A stretch of DNA of 64,000 nucleotides from the human T2T-CHM13v2.0 reference genome, Homo sapiens: NCBI RefSeq assembly GCF_009914755.1, contig NC_060946.1, one strand, 5' to 3'. The notes below the pieces were generated by a model. That model was not told the origin of the DNA and made no database searches. It saw only the letters and a program-made list of their open reading frames with translations. Of the stretch, positions 17,670 through 38,640 are shown in pieces (the stretch's first letter is position 1; each line of letters starts with the position of its first letter). The translations under genes were made by a program, and so were the position numbers.

Positions 17670-18090
17670 ACATCTATAGACCTGACCTAAGGAAATATGT
17701 GGGCGTGTGCATAAGGATGCCATCTCAGGACTGCGTATTAATAAAAAGCTGAATCAAACAGTGTCCAACAAGGGTGGCTGTTCCAGCTGGTTATGGAATG
17801 TGTTTACCACGGACTTCCAGGTCCTCCTGAGAAATGACGACCTAGATGTGGGAAGATGGTCTCAACGTATTGTTCTGCAAAGGAGAAAAAAAGCAGGTTG
17901 CAAAACACTGGGAACTGTCTGCCCATCTTCGAAAAGTAAGTCATATATCTAGAAAAATCTGGAAGGGTAGTCACAAAAACATCATCAGTAGGTACTGTGG
18001 AGAGGGTGGATTTCACGTTATTGTTACTTTCCCCTTTTATATTAATTTTTGTGCAATAAACATGTGTATTTGTAATCAATAAAGCCAACT
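17670..18090 (+). mobile_element. Old L1M(E/C) 3' end
   Basis: Diverged L1 3'UTR-like text ending 'catgtgtatttgtaatcaataaa'. Confidence 0.5.
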
Positions 18091-18771
18091 TCTTTTCTCT
18101 TTTCAAGAAACTGCTCTCTTGCTTGGCCTCATACCTCCCCCAATCTCCTTAATACAAAATGAAAGATTCCAGTGGACCCTGAGAGGGACACCCCCGCAGC
18201 CCTCTCAGGGGCCCCCTTGCTAGCACAGAGCAGGTCTCCACCACCCAAGGGGCAGGTAGACCAGGGATGGGGGTCGTTGACAGACCCTCACCCTGCCCCA
18301 TGCTTTTTTTGGATGATACAGAAAAAAAAAAAAAAGGTATGCGATGATCATTCCATACAAGGTATTGGTATAGGTCCTATGTGGGTCCAAATTCCTTCTC
18401 CTAAACCCCTGGGCCAGAGCCGTTAGGGACTCGAGTTGTTCTGTGTAGAGATGTAAAACGATGTCTATAGCATAGATTAGGTTACACCTTAAGCAGGGCT
18501 GGGGCAGTCCCTATAATCAAACACATTAAGAGCTCTGCAGTGAACTGTACAAATGTTCACATGAAGGGGAATAAATAAAACTATAAATAGCTTCCCGTCA
18601 GCTGAGGTCAGGTTTTGCCTCCAGATGAATTTACCACCACCTTAACAAAAGGACTTTGGTTTTTCAGACTTCTGTTAATTGCAGAATTCCAGTTAGGGGA
18701 TGGGGACCAGATGAGGATGGTGGCTCTCAGGTGTGTTGGTTTGGCTGTCTCCCTGCAGGGTCTCCCCAGCA

Positions 18772-19580
<809 letters not shown>

Positions 19581-20142
19581 CCAGCATCCAGAGCAAAGCC
19601 CAGCACAAGGTAGTTGCCAGATGGATGGATGAATGAATGAATGAATGAATGAAATGTCATCTCGTTCCCTCTCCACTCAGCCCCTTCCTGATTTTCCACT
19701 ATCCATCAATGGAGACTCAGCAGGGTTCTTGAGTGCCCTGCTCACCTGGAGAGAATGTGATGCCCGTACTGATCCCTGGGGCACTCAGACCCAAAGGCAG
19801 TAAGTGCCACATAAATGGAGTTGTCGTTGTTGGTGTCACACCTTCCCCCTGGGGCTGTGGCCTCAGCTGCTGCACTTTCCCCAGGGATGGATGGCAGGTG
19901 AGCCTTGCCAGGGGCTGGAGGCCAACGGGGTGGAGGAGGAGATGGCAGGGGGGGATGAAGTCAGGAGCCTGGTGGATGGAGTCCAGGCACATCCTGATAC
20001 CAATTAAAGCAGCTCTGGCACAGGAGGCCTTGGATGGCATTTATTAGCCCGCGGGGGAGGGGCCGGCAAACTGTCCTCCGGCTGATGGATTAGACAGTAG
20101 GCAATTAGGTTTCAGGCGGGCGCTCTCCCTCTGCCTCTCCAT

Positions 20143-20144
20143 CC

Positions 20145-20183
<39 letters not shown>

Positions 20184-20202
20184 CACACATACACACACTC
20201 AC

Positions 20203-20231
<29 letters not shown>
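20143..20231. repeat. (TC)n(CA)n compound microsatellite
   Basis: Direct inspection. Confidence 0.95.
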
Positions 20232-20233
<2 letters not shown>

Positions 20234-21486
20234 CTTTCTCCATCCGTCTGCAAGGCCCAGCGAGAGAGCCCAGCTGGGTCTCTGCTGAGCCCCAAGTGAT
20301 AGGAACAAAATAGATACAAAGCCCCCTCCCTGAGGGGGAGGGTCCTCAAAGAGAAGAAGGGAGCCCCAGGGACTTCTCCACCCAAAGCTATGCCCGTGGG
20401 GATCACAGCTCAAGACCCCACAGTCTCAACCCCAAGCATCACTTCCAACAGGACCAGGAGTGGGGGCGTTCCCGAGAAGCCAACATGCAGGAGACAACAG
20501 CGATGGTCATTTCCAAAGCTGAGGACACGGAATGGAGCCAGATGGAGGTCCCTTCCTCCCCTGAGAAGGAGAATCTCCCCTTCACAATCAGAGCCTTTGA
20601 TCCACAGATCACAACAGGAGCAATGTGTGAGGCAAGGACAGCGACATTGAGGGGCTTCTCAAAGCTGCAGGAAAAGTCCTCAAGATTGTAGAATGTTTGG
20701 CACTGCAGATGCTCTGGGATGAGTCAAGAATGCTAAGAAGGAAGGATGTCCTGAACCCTGCTTTGGGAAATGCAGAATCAGGTGAGGCCTTCAGGCAGCT
20801 GGTGCCCATGGCTGTAGGTCGTGTCTCTGTTCTGCCCCAAAGGCAGGCTCAACCTCTCCAAGGGGTCTCAGATGCTGTGGCCACCGGAGGCTGCAGGGCC
20901 TTCCCGCTAAGACCATCCCAGGCGCCCGACACTGGGTAGGCTCAAAGCTGAACTCATCAACCTCCCTACACAGGCAAATGGCACCATTGTCACCCCAAGT
21001 CCCTGTCCAGAAAGCTGGATTTTAGCTTCATCTCTTCCTCTTCCTCACCTTCCACAGCCTTCATCATCATCAACTCCTGTCCTCTAAGACAGCTTTCAAA
21101 CCCACTCTTCTCTGGGTGCCCATGACCATCACCCTCACCCAGTCTGACCCCAGCCACCACGTCTTGTCCAGATGCTCCCTCAGCTCCCAGCCTTTCCTCC
21201 TACTCCAGTTCCCCACACAACAGTAGAAGTGTCATCTAAAACCCCTCCAATCTCGCCATTCCCCTGCTTCAGAGCCCTCCGTAGCTCCCATTCCCACCCG
21301 CCTCAGGAGGAAGACCCTGCACCTGACTGCAGCTTCCAGCTTTGTCTCCCCACTTACGGTGGGGTCATTGGCTTCATACATTCTTCACACTCAGCAATGA
21401 TCTTGTTTATTTATTTGGTTACTTAGTTGATATTAGCTCCCCTCCATCTCTCACCAGAATGTTATTTGAAAGGACAGATGTCTCTC

Positions 21487-22202
<716 letters not shown>

Positions 22203-22494
22203 TGAAGACCACACTCGTCTCACCCTCTGTCCTGATGTCTGTGATGCACCCAGGCTCATCACACCACCCTTCAGCCATCAGCTCCTGCTCCCACCTCTAA
22301 CCTCAGCGCAGAGGCCACTCAGTCCCACACGTACCAGCTGGACCCATCCACCTTCGACAGCCACTGAGGCAGGTTGGCCAGCTTACTTTTTGGGCTCTCC
22401 CACCCCACAGAGGCTTCCTGGGGCCACCTCCTTCACACTGCCTGGCACACAGTAGGTGCTCAATAGATATCCGTCTAAAAAAGCTACTGGGCCC

Positions 22495-23054
<560 letters not shown>

Positions 23055-23594
23055 TTATTTTATTTTTTTAGAGATAGGGTCTCTCTATGTTGCCCAAGCT
23101 GGTCTCCAACTCCAGGCCTCAAGGGATCCTCCTGCCCCAGCCATCTGAGCAGCCTGGATTACAGGTGTGGGCCATCACACCTGGCTCTAAAGAACAGAGA
23201 CTCTTACGTTCATTAATGAACATTGTATGCTGGGCACTGTGCGGGGCACTTTATACAGGTTCACATGTTCAGTTCCTGTGACAGTCTTTTGAATAAAGTT
23301 TTACCTCCACTTTCCAGAAGAAGGGCGGCTACAGAGACATGAAGCCACTTGTCCCAGATCCCACAGCTGCCTGCAGCAGATCCCAGGCACGGCCAGTCCC
23401 AGGGCCCTTGTCCTTTCGCTATCTACCATGCCACCATCTATGTGCCAGCACCTGCCCAGGCAGCATCCACCTCGCTGGTGTCTGGGCAGAGGGAACCCAT
23501 GTGAGCAAAGGCCCAGGGGCTGGATATAGCCTGCTGAGCGGGAGGCGGAACACACCTAAGAAGGTCGAGAATTAAATTCCCAAAGGTCGGCAGC

Positions 23595-24618
23595 TGTAGG
23601 GAAAAGAAAGAGCGATCAGACTGTTACTGTGTCTGTCTAGAAAGGAAAAACATAAGAGACTCCATTTTGAAAGAGACCTGTACTTTAAACAATTGCTTTG
23701 CTGAGATGTTGTTAATTTGTAGCTTTGCCCCAGCCACTTTGCCCCAACCACTTTGACCCAACCTGGAGTTCACGAAAACATGTGTTGTATGAAATCAAGG
23801 TTTAAGGGATCTAGGGCTGTGCAGGACCTGCCTTGTTAACAAAATGTTTACAAGCGGTATACTTGGTAAAAGTCATCACCATTCTCATGTCTCAATAAAC
23901 CAGGGGCACAATGCACTGCAGAAAGCCGCAGGGATCTGCCCTTGAAAGCTGGGTATTGTCCAAGGTTTCTCCCCATGGGATAGTCTGAAATACGGCCTCG
24001 TGGGATGAGAAAGACCTGACCGTCCCCCAGCCCGACACCCATAAAGGGTCTGTGCTGAGGTGGATTAGTAAAAGAGGAAAGCCTCTTGCAGTTGAGATAG
24101 AGGAAGGCCACTGTCTCCTGCCTGCCCCTGGGAACTGAATGTGTCGGTATAAAACTTGATTGTACATTTGTTCAATTCTGAGATGAGAGAAAAACCGCCC
24201 TATGGTGGGAGGCGAGACATGTTTGCACCAATGCTGCCTTGTTATTCTTTACTCCACTGAGATGTTTGGGTGGAGAGAAACATAAATCTGGCTTACATGC
24301 ACGTCCAGTCATAGTACCTTCCCTCGAACTTAATTATGACATAGATTCTATTGCTCACATGTTTGTTGCTGACCTTCTTCTTCTTATCACTCTGCCCTGC
24401 TACTACATTCCTTTTTACTGAAATAATGAAGATAATAATAAAAACTGAGGGAACTCAGAGACCGGTGCAGGTGCAGGTCCTTGGTATGCTGAGCTCCGGT
24501 CCCCTGGGCCCACTGTTGTTTATCTACATTTTGTCTCTGTGTCTTATTTCTTTTCTCAGTCTCTCATCCCACCCAACTAGAAATAGCCACAGGTGTGGAG
24601 GGGCAGGCCACCCCTTCA
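23595..24618 (+). mobile_element. HERV-K(HML-2) solo LTR, LTR5A-like (1024 bp)
   Basis: TGTAGGGAAAAGAAAGAG...CCCCTTCA; 5-bp TSD GCAGC (23590-23594 / 24619-24623); closely similar to the LTR at 1190-2219. Confidence 0.92.
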
Positions 24619-24950
24619 GCAGCAAATTCTGGGGGAAAGTGGGCTGGTCCCTTGCCCTCTCTGTGCCTCAGTTTCCTCATTTGTAAAATGGGGACATAAT
24701 AGTACCTACTTCGTAAAGAGGATAAATATCTTAAAGCACTTAGAATGGTGCCTGGCACAGAGAAAGCACTGTAGAAACAGTTAAAAATAAATAAACGTGG
24801 TAGGAACATGGTGGGCCCGAGTCCAGGAGGAAGGTCAAGGAGCTCTCTGGCTGTCAGTGACCAGGAGGCTTGGCAGGTCCTTGGCCAGCTAGGGGTGGCA
24901 GCCATGCTTTTCTTCCCCCAGCCAGTGCCCGAGGCAGGTCTTTGGAGCTG

Positions 24951-25000
24951 CCAGTCTTGAGGACCACAGGGAGCCCAGTCTTGAGGACCACAGGGAGCCC
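24951..25000. repeat. Short tandem duplication (about 24 bp x2, CCAGTCTTGAGGACCACAGGGAGC)
   Basis: Direct inspection. Confidence 0.85.
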
Positions 25001-25898
25001 ACTCTCCCGTGGTTATTGGAGGCTGGAGCTGCAGGGAGGTCCCTGGGCCTCACTCCCTTCAGAGTCCAGGGTGGGAGGGGAGTAAGCGCCCTTCTTCCCT
25101 TCACTCGAATGAGCCACATGTGCACCCAGGCTCCTGGGTCAGACCCCTAGGAAATGAGTGGGGGTGAGGAAGGTCCCCTGAGGATGAGTATAGATTGTTG
25201 GGGTTGGGGGTGATTTCCCCATCAGGACCCACCTCAATTAAGGTCCGTAAAATCATCAAGACTCCCCAAGGTAGAGGGGCGGCGGGAGATCCTGACTAGT
25301 GTCACAAGGCTGTGTGCTTTTGTTTTGTTTTGTTTTGAGCCTGGGTCTCACTCTGTCACCCAGGCTGGAGTGCAGTGGTGCAATCTCGGCTCACTGCAAC
25401 CTCTGCCTCCCAGGCTCAAATGATATCTTCTCGCCTCCATCATTCATTCATTCACTCACTCACTCATTCAACAAACAAACAATGGGCACCTACCCACCAC
25501 GGGCCAGGCCTGCCTGGGTTCTGGGGTTCAACTGTGAGTGCACAAACACACTAACAGCCCTTGGAGGACTCACAGTCCAGGGAGGGAGGCAGACAGTGAA
25601 GACAGTGAAACATCGAGCCGGTTCATTGCCACTGCCATCCGACCCTGAAGGAGAAGTGCAGGATACGTGTGAGAGTGGAACAGGGCCCTGAGCTCCACCC
25701 GGGAGTCAGGGCAGCCTCCCCTGAGACCATTATGTTGAAGGCTGACCTGAAGGATGAGTAGGGTTATCTGTGGGGCTCCAGCAAAACACGGCATCTCTCT
25801 GGGCCTCAGTTTCCCCATTGGTAAAATGGGGAAACTCATCACAGCACAAGTGCTTAGGGGACCTTGGTGATTCTGTCGGATCTAAGAAAAGCAACAGG

Positions 25899-26207
25899 TG
25901 CCGGGTGCGGTGTCTCACGCCTGTAATCCTAGCACTTTGGGAGGCCGAGGTGGGTGGATCACCTGAGGTCAGTAAGTAGCTCAAGACCAGCCTGGCCAAC
26001 ATGGTGAAACCCCATCTCTACTAAAAACACAAAAATTAGCCAGGCGTGGTGGCTCTTGCCTGTAGTCCCAGCTACTCAGGAGGCTGAGGCAGGAGAATCA
26101 CTTGAACCCGGGAGGCAGAGGTGGTAGTGAGCCGAGATCATGCCACTGTACCCCATCCTGGGCCACAGAGCAAGACTCCATCTCAAAAAAAAGAAAGAAA
26201 GAAAAAC
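25899..26207 (+). mobile_element. AluS
   Basis: Alu consensus with A-rich tail. Confidence 0.88.
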
Positions 26208-29200
26208 AAAGGGAGCCTTTAGGAAATCCCGCACAGGTACTGATTTGCTCTGTTAATTCCTCCAATGGGAAAGGGGTGTTGCTAGAGGCAAGAGGCACAG
26301 TCCTGACACAGAGATCAGGGATTTGACCCCAACAGGCCAAAGTCAAAAGCAGAGATCAGTGAAGTCAGATCCCACAGAGGCCTGTGGCCATGTCCCCCGG
26401 CCCTCTGCAGGTCCCCTGGCCCAGAGCCCTCTCCTCCTGCTGCCCTCTAATGTTTCTCCAGGCCCTTCTGCTCTGTCCCGTCACTCTGTCCACCTCATCT
26501 GTGGTGCCTGAAGGTCCCCTCTTGGGCTGTGGGTGTCATTCTTGTCTGATCACCGCCTCCCCCACCACACACACCGCCAACCCCAAATACAGGTTTGGCT
26601 TCCACAAAGCCTCTTATTAAGAAATTGGTCAATTTCCTGCTAATTAAAATAAATAGTATGCCACATTAAAGGCCAGTTAATTTTCAGAGCTGCCAGGGAA
26701 ACATCGCCTGGAAAATGTACACCCCCCTGCCCCACCCGCTCCTTGGCAAACGGCAGCCACGTGGCACCCAGCAGCAGCGGGGAGGGCCCGGTGGGTCCCA
26801 AGCTTCCAGCAGCATGGGGAGGAAGGGATGACCAGCTGTGGACAGGGCTGCAGATGGGCAGAGCTTCCTGTTCCTGGGGGGACTCCACTCACTCAGCCCA
26901 GGAGCTCTGAGACCCCATCCCTCCCCAGGAAACCCAGTTCCTGAGGCCAGGTCTACCTGGCTTACCTTGCAACCAAAGGCGAGATCTTTCTCCGGAACCG
27001 GGTCATTTGTTGGTGAGGAAGATGGACTTCTGGGAGGCCTGCACTCACAAGGCTCTACATCCCGAAGTGATCTCACCAAGGGGCACAACAGCCTGGAGAG
27101 GGAAGTGCCATTGCTCCCATTTTGCAGATGGGCAAGATGAGGCCCAGAGCCACCAAGCCCCTCTCGAGTTGCAGCTTCTGGGGGCAGAGCAGGATGTACA
27201 TCTGGTCCCGCCTAACTATACCCAGAGAAACCTGCCGTGGGCCCTTCTCCATCACACATGGTCATCCCACACTATCACAAAGGTCAGGGGAACTGCTATG
27301 TCTGCATAAAAACAAGTGTCATCAGTTGGATTTGTTCAAGGTGAGGCTTACCTGCTCCCTAATATATCGAAAGCTCCTGTTGAAGGAGAGTCAGGGACAT
27401 GCCAGGAGGCCTGCCATGCTGTGACCAGTTGTCATCTCACCGAATCCTCACCAGTACCACGTGGCTCAGCAAGGTTAGGTAACATACTCAAAGTCACACC
27501 GCCTGCCCCCAAATTAGTCATGGCAATCTCCTGTCTTCAAGGTCCAAGTTTTGCTGTTTCCTCAGGGTCAAAACCAAGGTCTTCTCCTGTCCTGGAAGAA
27601 CATCAAGCCATAGATGGAACGCTGCGTTCCTGGTGTGACCTCGGACAAGGCTCTTTGCCTCCCTGGGCCTCAGTTTTCTCATCTGCCAAATGGGAGGGCT
27701 GGACTCACTACTCCCTCAGACTCTATTTAACTCGAGCATTCTGCAGGGACTCATCCTGGGGCAGGTGGGGTCAGAGGGCAGATGGCCAGGAGCAGAGCCA
27801 GATGGGAGCAACAGCCTTCCCTCTGCCAGGACAGGGAGAGACCTGGCTGCCTCACAGTGAGAGGTCTGGCAGCCAGGGAGGGCACTGGGGACAAGGGCCC
27901 AGCCGGGCACCCTACGGAGCACATGACCCCCACCTGTCCATGGAGCACACGACCTCCACCTCCAGCTGCCCCTGTGCTGCAGACAACTCCCAGGGTGGCG
28001 AGGGTGGCATCCTGATCCCAGCAGCGCCTGCAGGACTGGGAACCTGCTGCCCACCCACCCCCTGCCACTTGCTCTCCCTTCCTTGCCCAACCCCAGGAGC
28101 TCAATGCCTGCTCAGGGCAGGAATAAGAGGCAGAGGAGGGGTGAGGAGAGAAAGGAGTCATTAGGGGCCTTGCTGATCCTTCGTGGCGCCTCCATGTCCC
28201 TATCCCTCATGCAAAGCACTAACCTGGAGGCGGAGCATTTCATCGAAGCAAAGCATCTCCTGCCACCAAGCACGTCCACGGTGTTGGGGATTGATTGCTT
28301 CTATCCTCCAGCCCACTCTACGGAGCACCCACCGTGTGACAGGCGCGGCGCTGGGCAACGAGGATAAGAAAATGAATAGGCCACGACATGTGCGCCTGAG
28401 AAGTCACAGACTCAGACGGGAGACAGGCTCGATACCACACACCAAGGTCTGGATGCACACAGGACACTGAGTAACTCCTGCAGGGTGAGCGGGTTTCCAG
28501 GGCACTCGACAACCGGCAGAGTCTGGAAGCAGCCTGGAGGGGAAAGGGCATTCCTGACGGGGGCACAGCAGAAGCAAAGGCCCAGTGGCATGAAAGACCA
28601 AGGAGTGTTGAGGGAACAGAGAGCAGCTTGGTGTTGGGGCGGCATCAGCGGGTGGAGCTGGAGCCGATGAGAAAGGATAGGCCAACTAGGGTTCAAGTGG
28701 CCAAGACCTTCTATGCCCTGCTCTGCCAGTTACAGCCAGCAGTGGTGGTAAGCACAGCCACCCGGCACTGAACAATGGCAGTGTGGCCGGCACTGTGCTA
28801 AGCTCATCTCAGTCACTCGCTCACCACATCCTCCAACGAGCCCATGAGGCCCAGAGAGGTTAGGCGAGTTACTGGTGGTCACACAGCCGATAGTGGCCAG
28901 GCTGGAACTTGGACTCAGGCTCCCAATTCTCACCCACCAGCATGTGCTGCCTCTGAGGAGTTTGGGGTTCCCCTTCAGGACAACTGGGAGTCACAAGGGA
29001 TTTTTAAGGGGGGTGGGTAGCAGAGTCTCAGTGCCCTAAATCCCCAAGTCATGCTCATGGAGAAACTGCTGCATCCACCTGGGAGACGTGGCCAGTCTGT
29101 TTTTAGGGTCTGAGGGTCACCTTGGCCTCTCCGGGAGCTGCCCTGGTTTCCCCAATGCTCCTGAGTACTGGGGCTTGGCCTGCGTCTTCTGCCCCAGCCT

Positions 29201-29942
29201 GCTGCTCCTGGGTTCCAGTCTTGGAGCCAGGGGTCATCACTGCCAGGGCCTCTTCAGAACTCAGGCGCCCACCTATCAGGGCCTCAGCCCCTCCAACACT
29301 CCCTGGGGCCCCCACATTGCCCACCCTCTCTTCCCTCTGCCCTTCCTTGCTCGAGATAACACCTGGGATGGGGGTGCATGGGGAAGCGCCCCCTGATGGA
29401 GCTAGACAGCCCTCGGGAGGGAGTTAGACAGCCCTCGGGAAGATCCAGCAGTGGTGGCCTCTCCTTGCCCTTCCCCATGTCCTCCCTCTCCCCTCTGCCC
29501 ACCCAGCCTCCCACCACATGGGGCACTGGAGTGCTCCTTCCCACCATCTGCCCTCCTGGGCTCCGCTTTCATTCTGCTCCCCCGACCCCAGGTCTCAGCA
29601 TTGCAGGCATCACAAGACAGCGGATTCCAGAGGCCCCAAAACACTTCCATCCTCCAAGCACGCACTGAGCATATGGAGAAGCTGAGGCCCAAGCAGGGCC
29701 AATGGCAGAGCAGCTGGAAGCCCAGCTCTCTTGTGCTCTTGCTGCAGCTCCAGCTCCTGGTCGGCCGTCCACCAGGCATCTGCTGAGCGCGATGTGTTTC
29801 CATTTAGGGGCATCTCACACTTGATCCTCACTCCAGCCCAGAGGAGGCTGGGTTAAAACAGGAAGGCTGGGCTGTCCAGCTCTAGCTCCTTCTAAAAATG
29901 CAGTGAGTCCCATGTTGGCATCTCTGCTTCGCAAACAGGTAA

Positions 29943-30337
<395 letters not shown>

Positions 30338-30563
30338 AATCCTGCCTATTCTTTAGTGTTAGGGCCAGGAAATGCCTTAGTGTAGACTCCTCTCCCTGTG
30401 AATGTGGCAGACATTACTAATTGATCACAGCACTCTTTCCCTCTAAGCCGAGATGTAGTCTCAGAATCCTCAACACAGCCTCTATTAAATGGGGACCTGG
30501 CAATCGAGGTGACACCTACCTGTTCAACGCCCTCTCTGGAGGGCAGGATCCTGTCTTACCTAG

Positions 30564-31220
<657 letters not shown>

Positions 31221-31704
31221 TAATAAATTTTTATTGAGTGAGTGGGTGAACGAGTGGTAACCACCGAATGAACGATGCCTCCCAAAGCCAGTGGCTCTAA
31301 CCAGCTTCTTTTGTAGCAACAATATGACAGCAATAATTATAACAGTAATGCCCCCAACAGCTGACATTTCCCGAGTCTCTAAGGTATTTCATCTGAGCTC
31401 TGGAATGCCATTTCCTCAGGGTCACACATCACAGGACAGAGCCAGACCCCGCCCCTGGCCTCTTGCTTCTGAGTCCAGTGCTCTGCCCCGGCCCCCACCT
31501 CTGCCAGGTCCCACCGCAGCTTGTCTGGGTCAATTGGAGCGGACCTGGACCTCAATCTGGGGAACCTGCAGGTGTTGGAGGCAGATCCCAGAGGCCGGGG
31601 TGGGAATGGGTGCTCGGGGGAGTAGTTAGTTGGGTTCTTACTCACCTGTTTGGGATTGTAGAAATACAGAATAGGAGACATCACAATGCACCACATTTAC
31701 CATG

Positions 31705-32695
<991 letters not shown>

Positions 32696-33014
32696 CACCC
32701 TTTTTTGAATATGTAGAAGAGAGGTCCCCAGGGAGTGTGATCGGCCCAAGGTCACCTGGCGGCCTTGGCTGAGGAAGGTGTGCAGAGCCCAGTGTCAGAG
32801 CCCCTGAGATGCCCTCTCCTCTCCTAGGGCCCTGGGCACTTGGGGTTAGTTGTTTTGCATCCTTTTGAGAATGTGAGTCCCTCAGAGGGAGGAACCTGGG
32901 CACGTCACATAAGGCTTGGCTCAAGATAGGTGCTCAGTAAACACTGGATGGACAGATGGGCAGAAGGAAGGAGAGAATGAAAGGAGGAAAGGAGGGAAGG
33001 AATGGGTAGCTGAG

Positions 33015-33160
33015 TGGATTCATGGATGGGTGGATGCATGGCAGCACGGGAGGGAGGATGAGTGATTGGGAGGATGGATGGATGGATGGATGGATGGATG
33101 GATGGATGGATGGATGGATGAAAGGAAGTAAGCCAACATGGATGGAATGAGTGATGGAAT
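33015..33160. repeat. (GGAT)n tetranucleotide repeat
   Basis: Direct inspection. Confidence 0.9.
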
Positions 33161-34914
33161 TGATTGTCCCCTGCACCTGGAGGCTTCCAGTGACTCAGCC
33201 ACAGAGGTCAGGAAGCTGGAGACATGAGCAGGCGGCTCACCCCATGGTCCCCTCCCCCTCCCCACCTGATATTTTCATCAGGACACATCTTCTGCACCAG
33301 GCCCCTCAGCTCCTGCCCTGCAAAGCTGCAGATGCCTCTGCTGGCTTTATTAAGGCCCTATTAGCCCAGCAGCCCCAGGGAAGGCTAAAGATGCTGTCAC
33401 TGCAGACACTGGTTTGGTAGCCTCAGAGGAGCTCAGTAGGGAGGGCCAGGAACCTAAGGTTACAGCGAGGTCTTTAGAGCTGCACAGGCCTGCCTGGTTT
33501 AATCCCAGTTCTTCTGCTAATTGGCTGTGTGGCCTTGGGCAACTTACTTCCCTTCTCGGAGTGGCGGCTTCTCCACCTATAAAACAGGGTCATTAACGTG
33601 CTTGTTTGAGGATTTGCTGAGCTAAAGCATTTACAACACCTAGCCCGAAGTAAGCACTTGTTACATATCCCAGGATCCCTGGGAGCCAGGTCCACGGTGG
33701 AGCGCTCATACACAGCAGCCCCCATCTTTGGGATCAGGGAGGCGCTGTGACCCACCCTATTTCATGGATGAGGAAACAGGATAACAGGAGATGAAATGCT
33801 TGGCCAAAGCCACCGTGCTGGGCAGTGACAGGGCTGAGATTCAAACATGGGCTATGGAGACCGTGACTGGGCCACTTCCTGTTCCGGCTACTGAGCAGGA
33901 ACAAAGCCTGGGACGGGAGCGGGGGGCTGGAGGGGCGCTTCTCCCACTAGCTCCTCAGAGGTGACAGCGCGGAGGAGGGGAGGAGAAGGGAAGCTGGGAC
34001 AATCACGCTGATGTACGGCTTCCAGCGGGATTAACTGCACCATCTGGAGGCCACGCGTCCACCTGGGTGGGTTAGGAACCCCAACCCTTCGGTGTAAACG
34101 GCAGGGGGAGACTCAGTGGATGGCAGATCGGCTGGGGGCTGCCGGGTTGACTGTGGGGACCATGTGGGGCCCACCTGGCTTTCCTGAAGCCCCCATCTAC
34201 CCCTGAGGATGTCTCCCACTGAGGGGGCTGGATCTCCACCAGACTCAGAAGATTCCACAATGGCTGGATCCAAGGGTTCAAATACAAAGGGAGGGCTGTG
34301 GCCTGAGCCACCAAAAAGTACAGGAGGTGAGCAGGAAGAGCGGGGGAACAACAGAGACAGGAGCAGCAGCTGGACACTCGCTCTCAGGGGTGTGTGATGG
34401 AGACTGCACCACCTTCCAGCTGTGTGTCCCCAGCATGTGGCTTCACTTCTCTGAGGCTCTGTCCCTTCATCTGTGAAACTGGGATCTAGTCTTTACCTCA
34501 CTTGGTTGCTTTGAGGGTCGAATTAGATAAGGCAATGTACAGGCCTCGGTGGAGTGCCTGGCACTGAGTAAGTTCACAGTCAGTGGTGGTTGTGATTATT
34601 ATCCCCATTTGCAAGATGGGAAGACTGAGGCTCAAAGCAGCTCAGGGACTTGTGTCGGATTACACAGTTGGTTGGTGACAGAACCCATGGCCTCTGCTTC
34701 TCCTGACCCCAGTCCAGTGCTCTTTTCCTGGAGGCTTGACCAAAGATGAACCTGTCCTGGGACACAGCCAGCCCCGGAGTGTCAGAGACCCAAGGTGGCC
34801 ATCTTGGGTCACACCAGCTCCAATGACAGATTCCATGTTCTAGCACCTACTGTGCACCAGATGCCATGCCACGAGCTTCTGTGCACCACCGCCAGGAGCC
34901 ATCACCATCTGTGA

Positions 34915-35487
<573 letters not shown>

Positions 35488-36179
35488 ATGGACCCTAAGT
35501 CTTCTGGACACCAGACAAGCTTCCCCTACAGGGCGGGGTTCCTTTCTCACATCTAGAAAGAAGGAGGGAGTAGGAAAGAAGAAACATCAGCCCCAGCCCC
35601 TCCCTCCCTTCAGCCAGCACAGGGCTGCAGTGGGGGCCCAGGCTGGTAGGCAATGATGGCAGGGAGGTAGTTTGAAGCAGGGGGGTCCCCTTTCCCCGCA
35701 CACCCTCCCTACATTCCCATCTGGTCAGCCTGCTCGCTGAAAGTTGAAGTCTGCCTTGTACAAAAAAACAAAAACCTCCCTTTCCAGTGTAGAAAGCCCC
35801 AGAGACCCGAGCCACTCTGCTTGCCTTCTCTCTTGGCCCTTATGGCCAGGACAGGGGCCGGGGAAATGACAGCTGCCCTGTGCAGGGGAGAGAAATCGTA
35901 TTCTTTGGCTTGGCTCCTCTCTGGGGCCATACCCCAGGAGCAGCCCACGGAGCCGGTCCCCACTGACTCCCACCAGCCACTGCCGGGAGTAGGGCCAGAT
36001 GGGGCGGCTCCGGATCCCGCCTCGCTCGGCAGGCCAGGCCCGGAGACCTGTCCCCCTGGTACCTCCCGGCCTGGCCATCCGAGATGACCCTTGCCCCTTC
36101 CCCACAGCCCAGACCTCTGATCCTTATTAAAAACAAACAAAATCTAGAGAAAAAAATTATCCACAAACAGCCTGAGAGA

Positions 36180-37830
<1,651 letters not shown>

Positions 37831-38352
37831 CGTTGTAGGAGAAAGGCAACAAAAAATAAAAACGGCACAGATGACTTCATTCTCGGGAAGGCTCGGTCCT
37901 ACATGGACCAATTTCCTGGGGACCGTGGTGGAACAGCTTCGCTGCCGTTGGAAGCACTTAAAACTGAACCAGATAAAGACCAGGACGTTCTGGGCCCTGC
38001 TGAACCAAGCCAGGGCAGGCTGCGGGGCGTGTGATTTCTGGCCAGGTGGGGAGGCGGGTGGCCTCCCTCCACCCTCAAAGGCGCCTGGCTTTCAGTGTCC
38101 CAGGATTCGGGGGCTTGTGGGGAGGTCTCCACTGGGATCAGATGGGCCTGAAGGACGCCCCCCACCCTCAAGCCCCTGCTGGGATGTTAATCTCATCCTG
38201 CTAATTAAAGTTTGTGATTCTCTCCCTAACTTAGCTCCCCACTCTTGGACATTATCAGCTCAATGCAAACAGTTGCTGCTCTGGACAGGGAAGCCAGAGG
38301 AAAAAGGCCTCTGCAGTACACGCCATAACATGGATTAAAAAAAAAATAAATT

Positions 38353-38640
<288 letters not shown>

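Noticed and set aside
27316-28164. 282-aa ORF, and similar long ORFs at 37616-38338, 46798-47583 and 50009-50665
   Set aside because: GC-rich, low-complexity or MIR-containing sequence with non-ATG starts and no recognisable domains.
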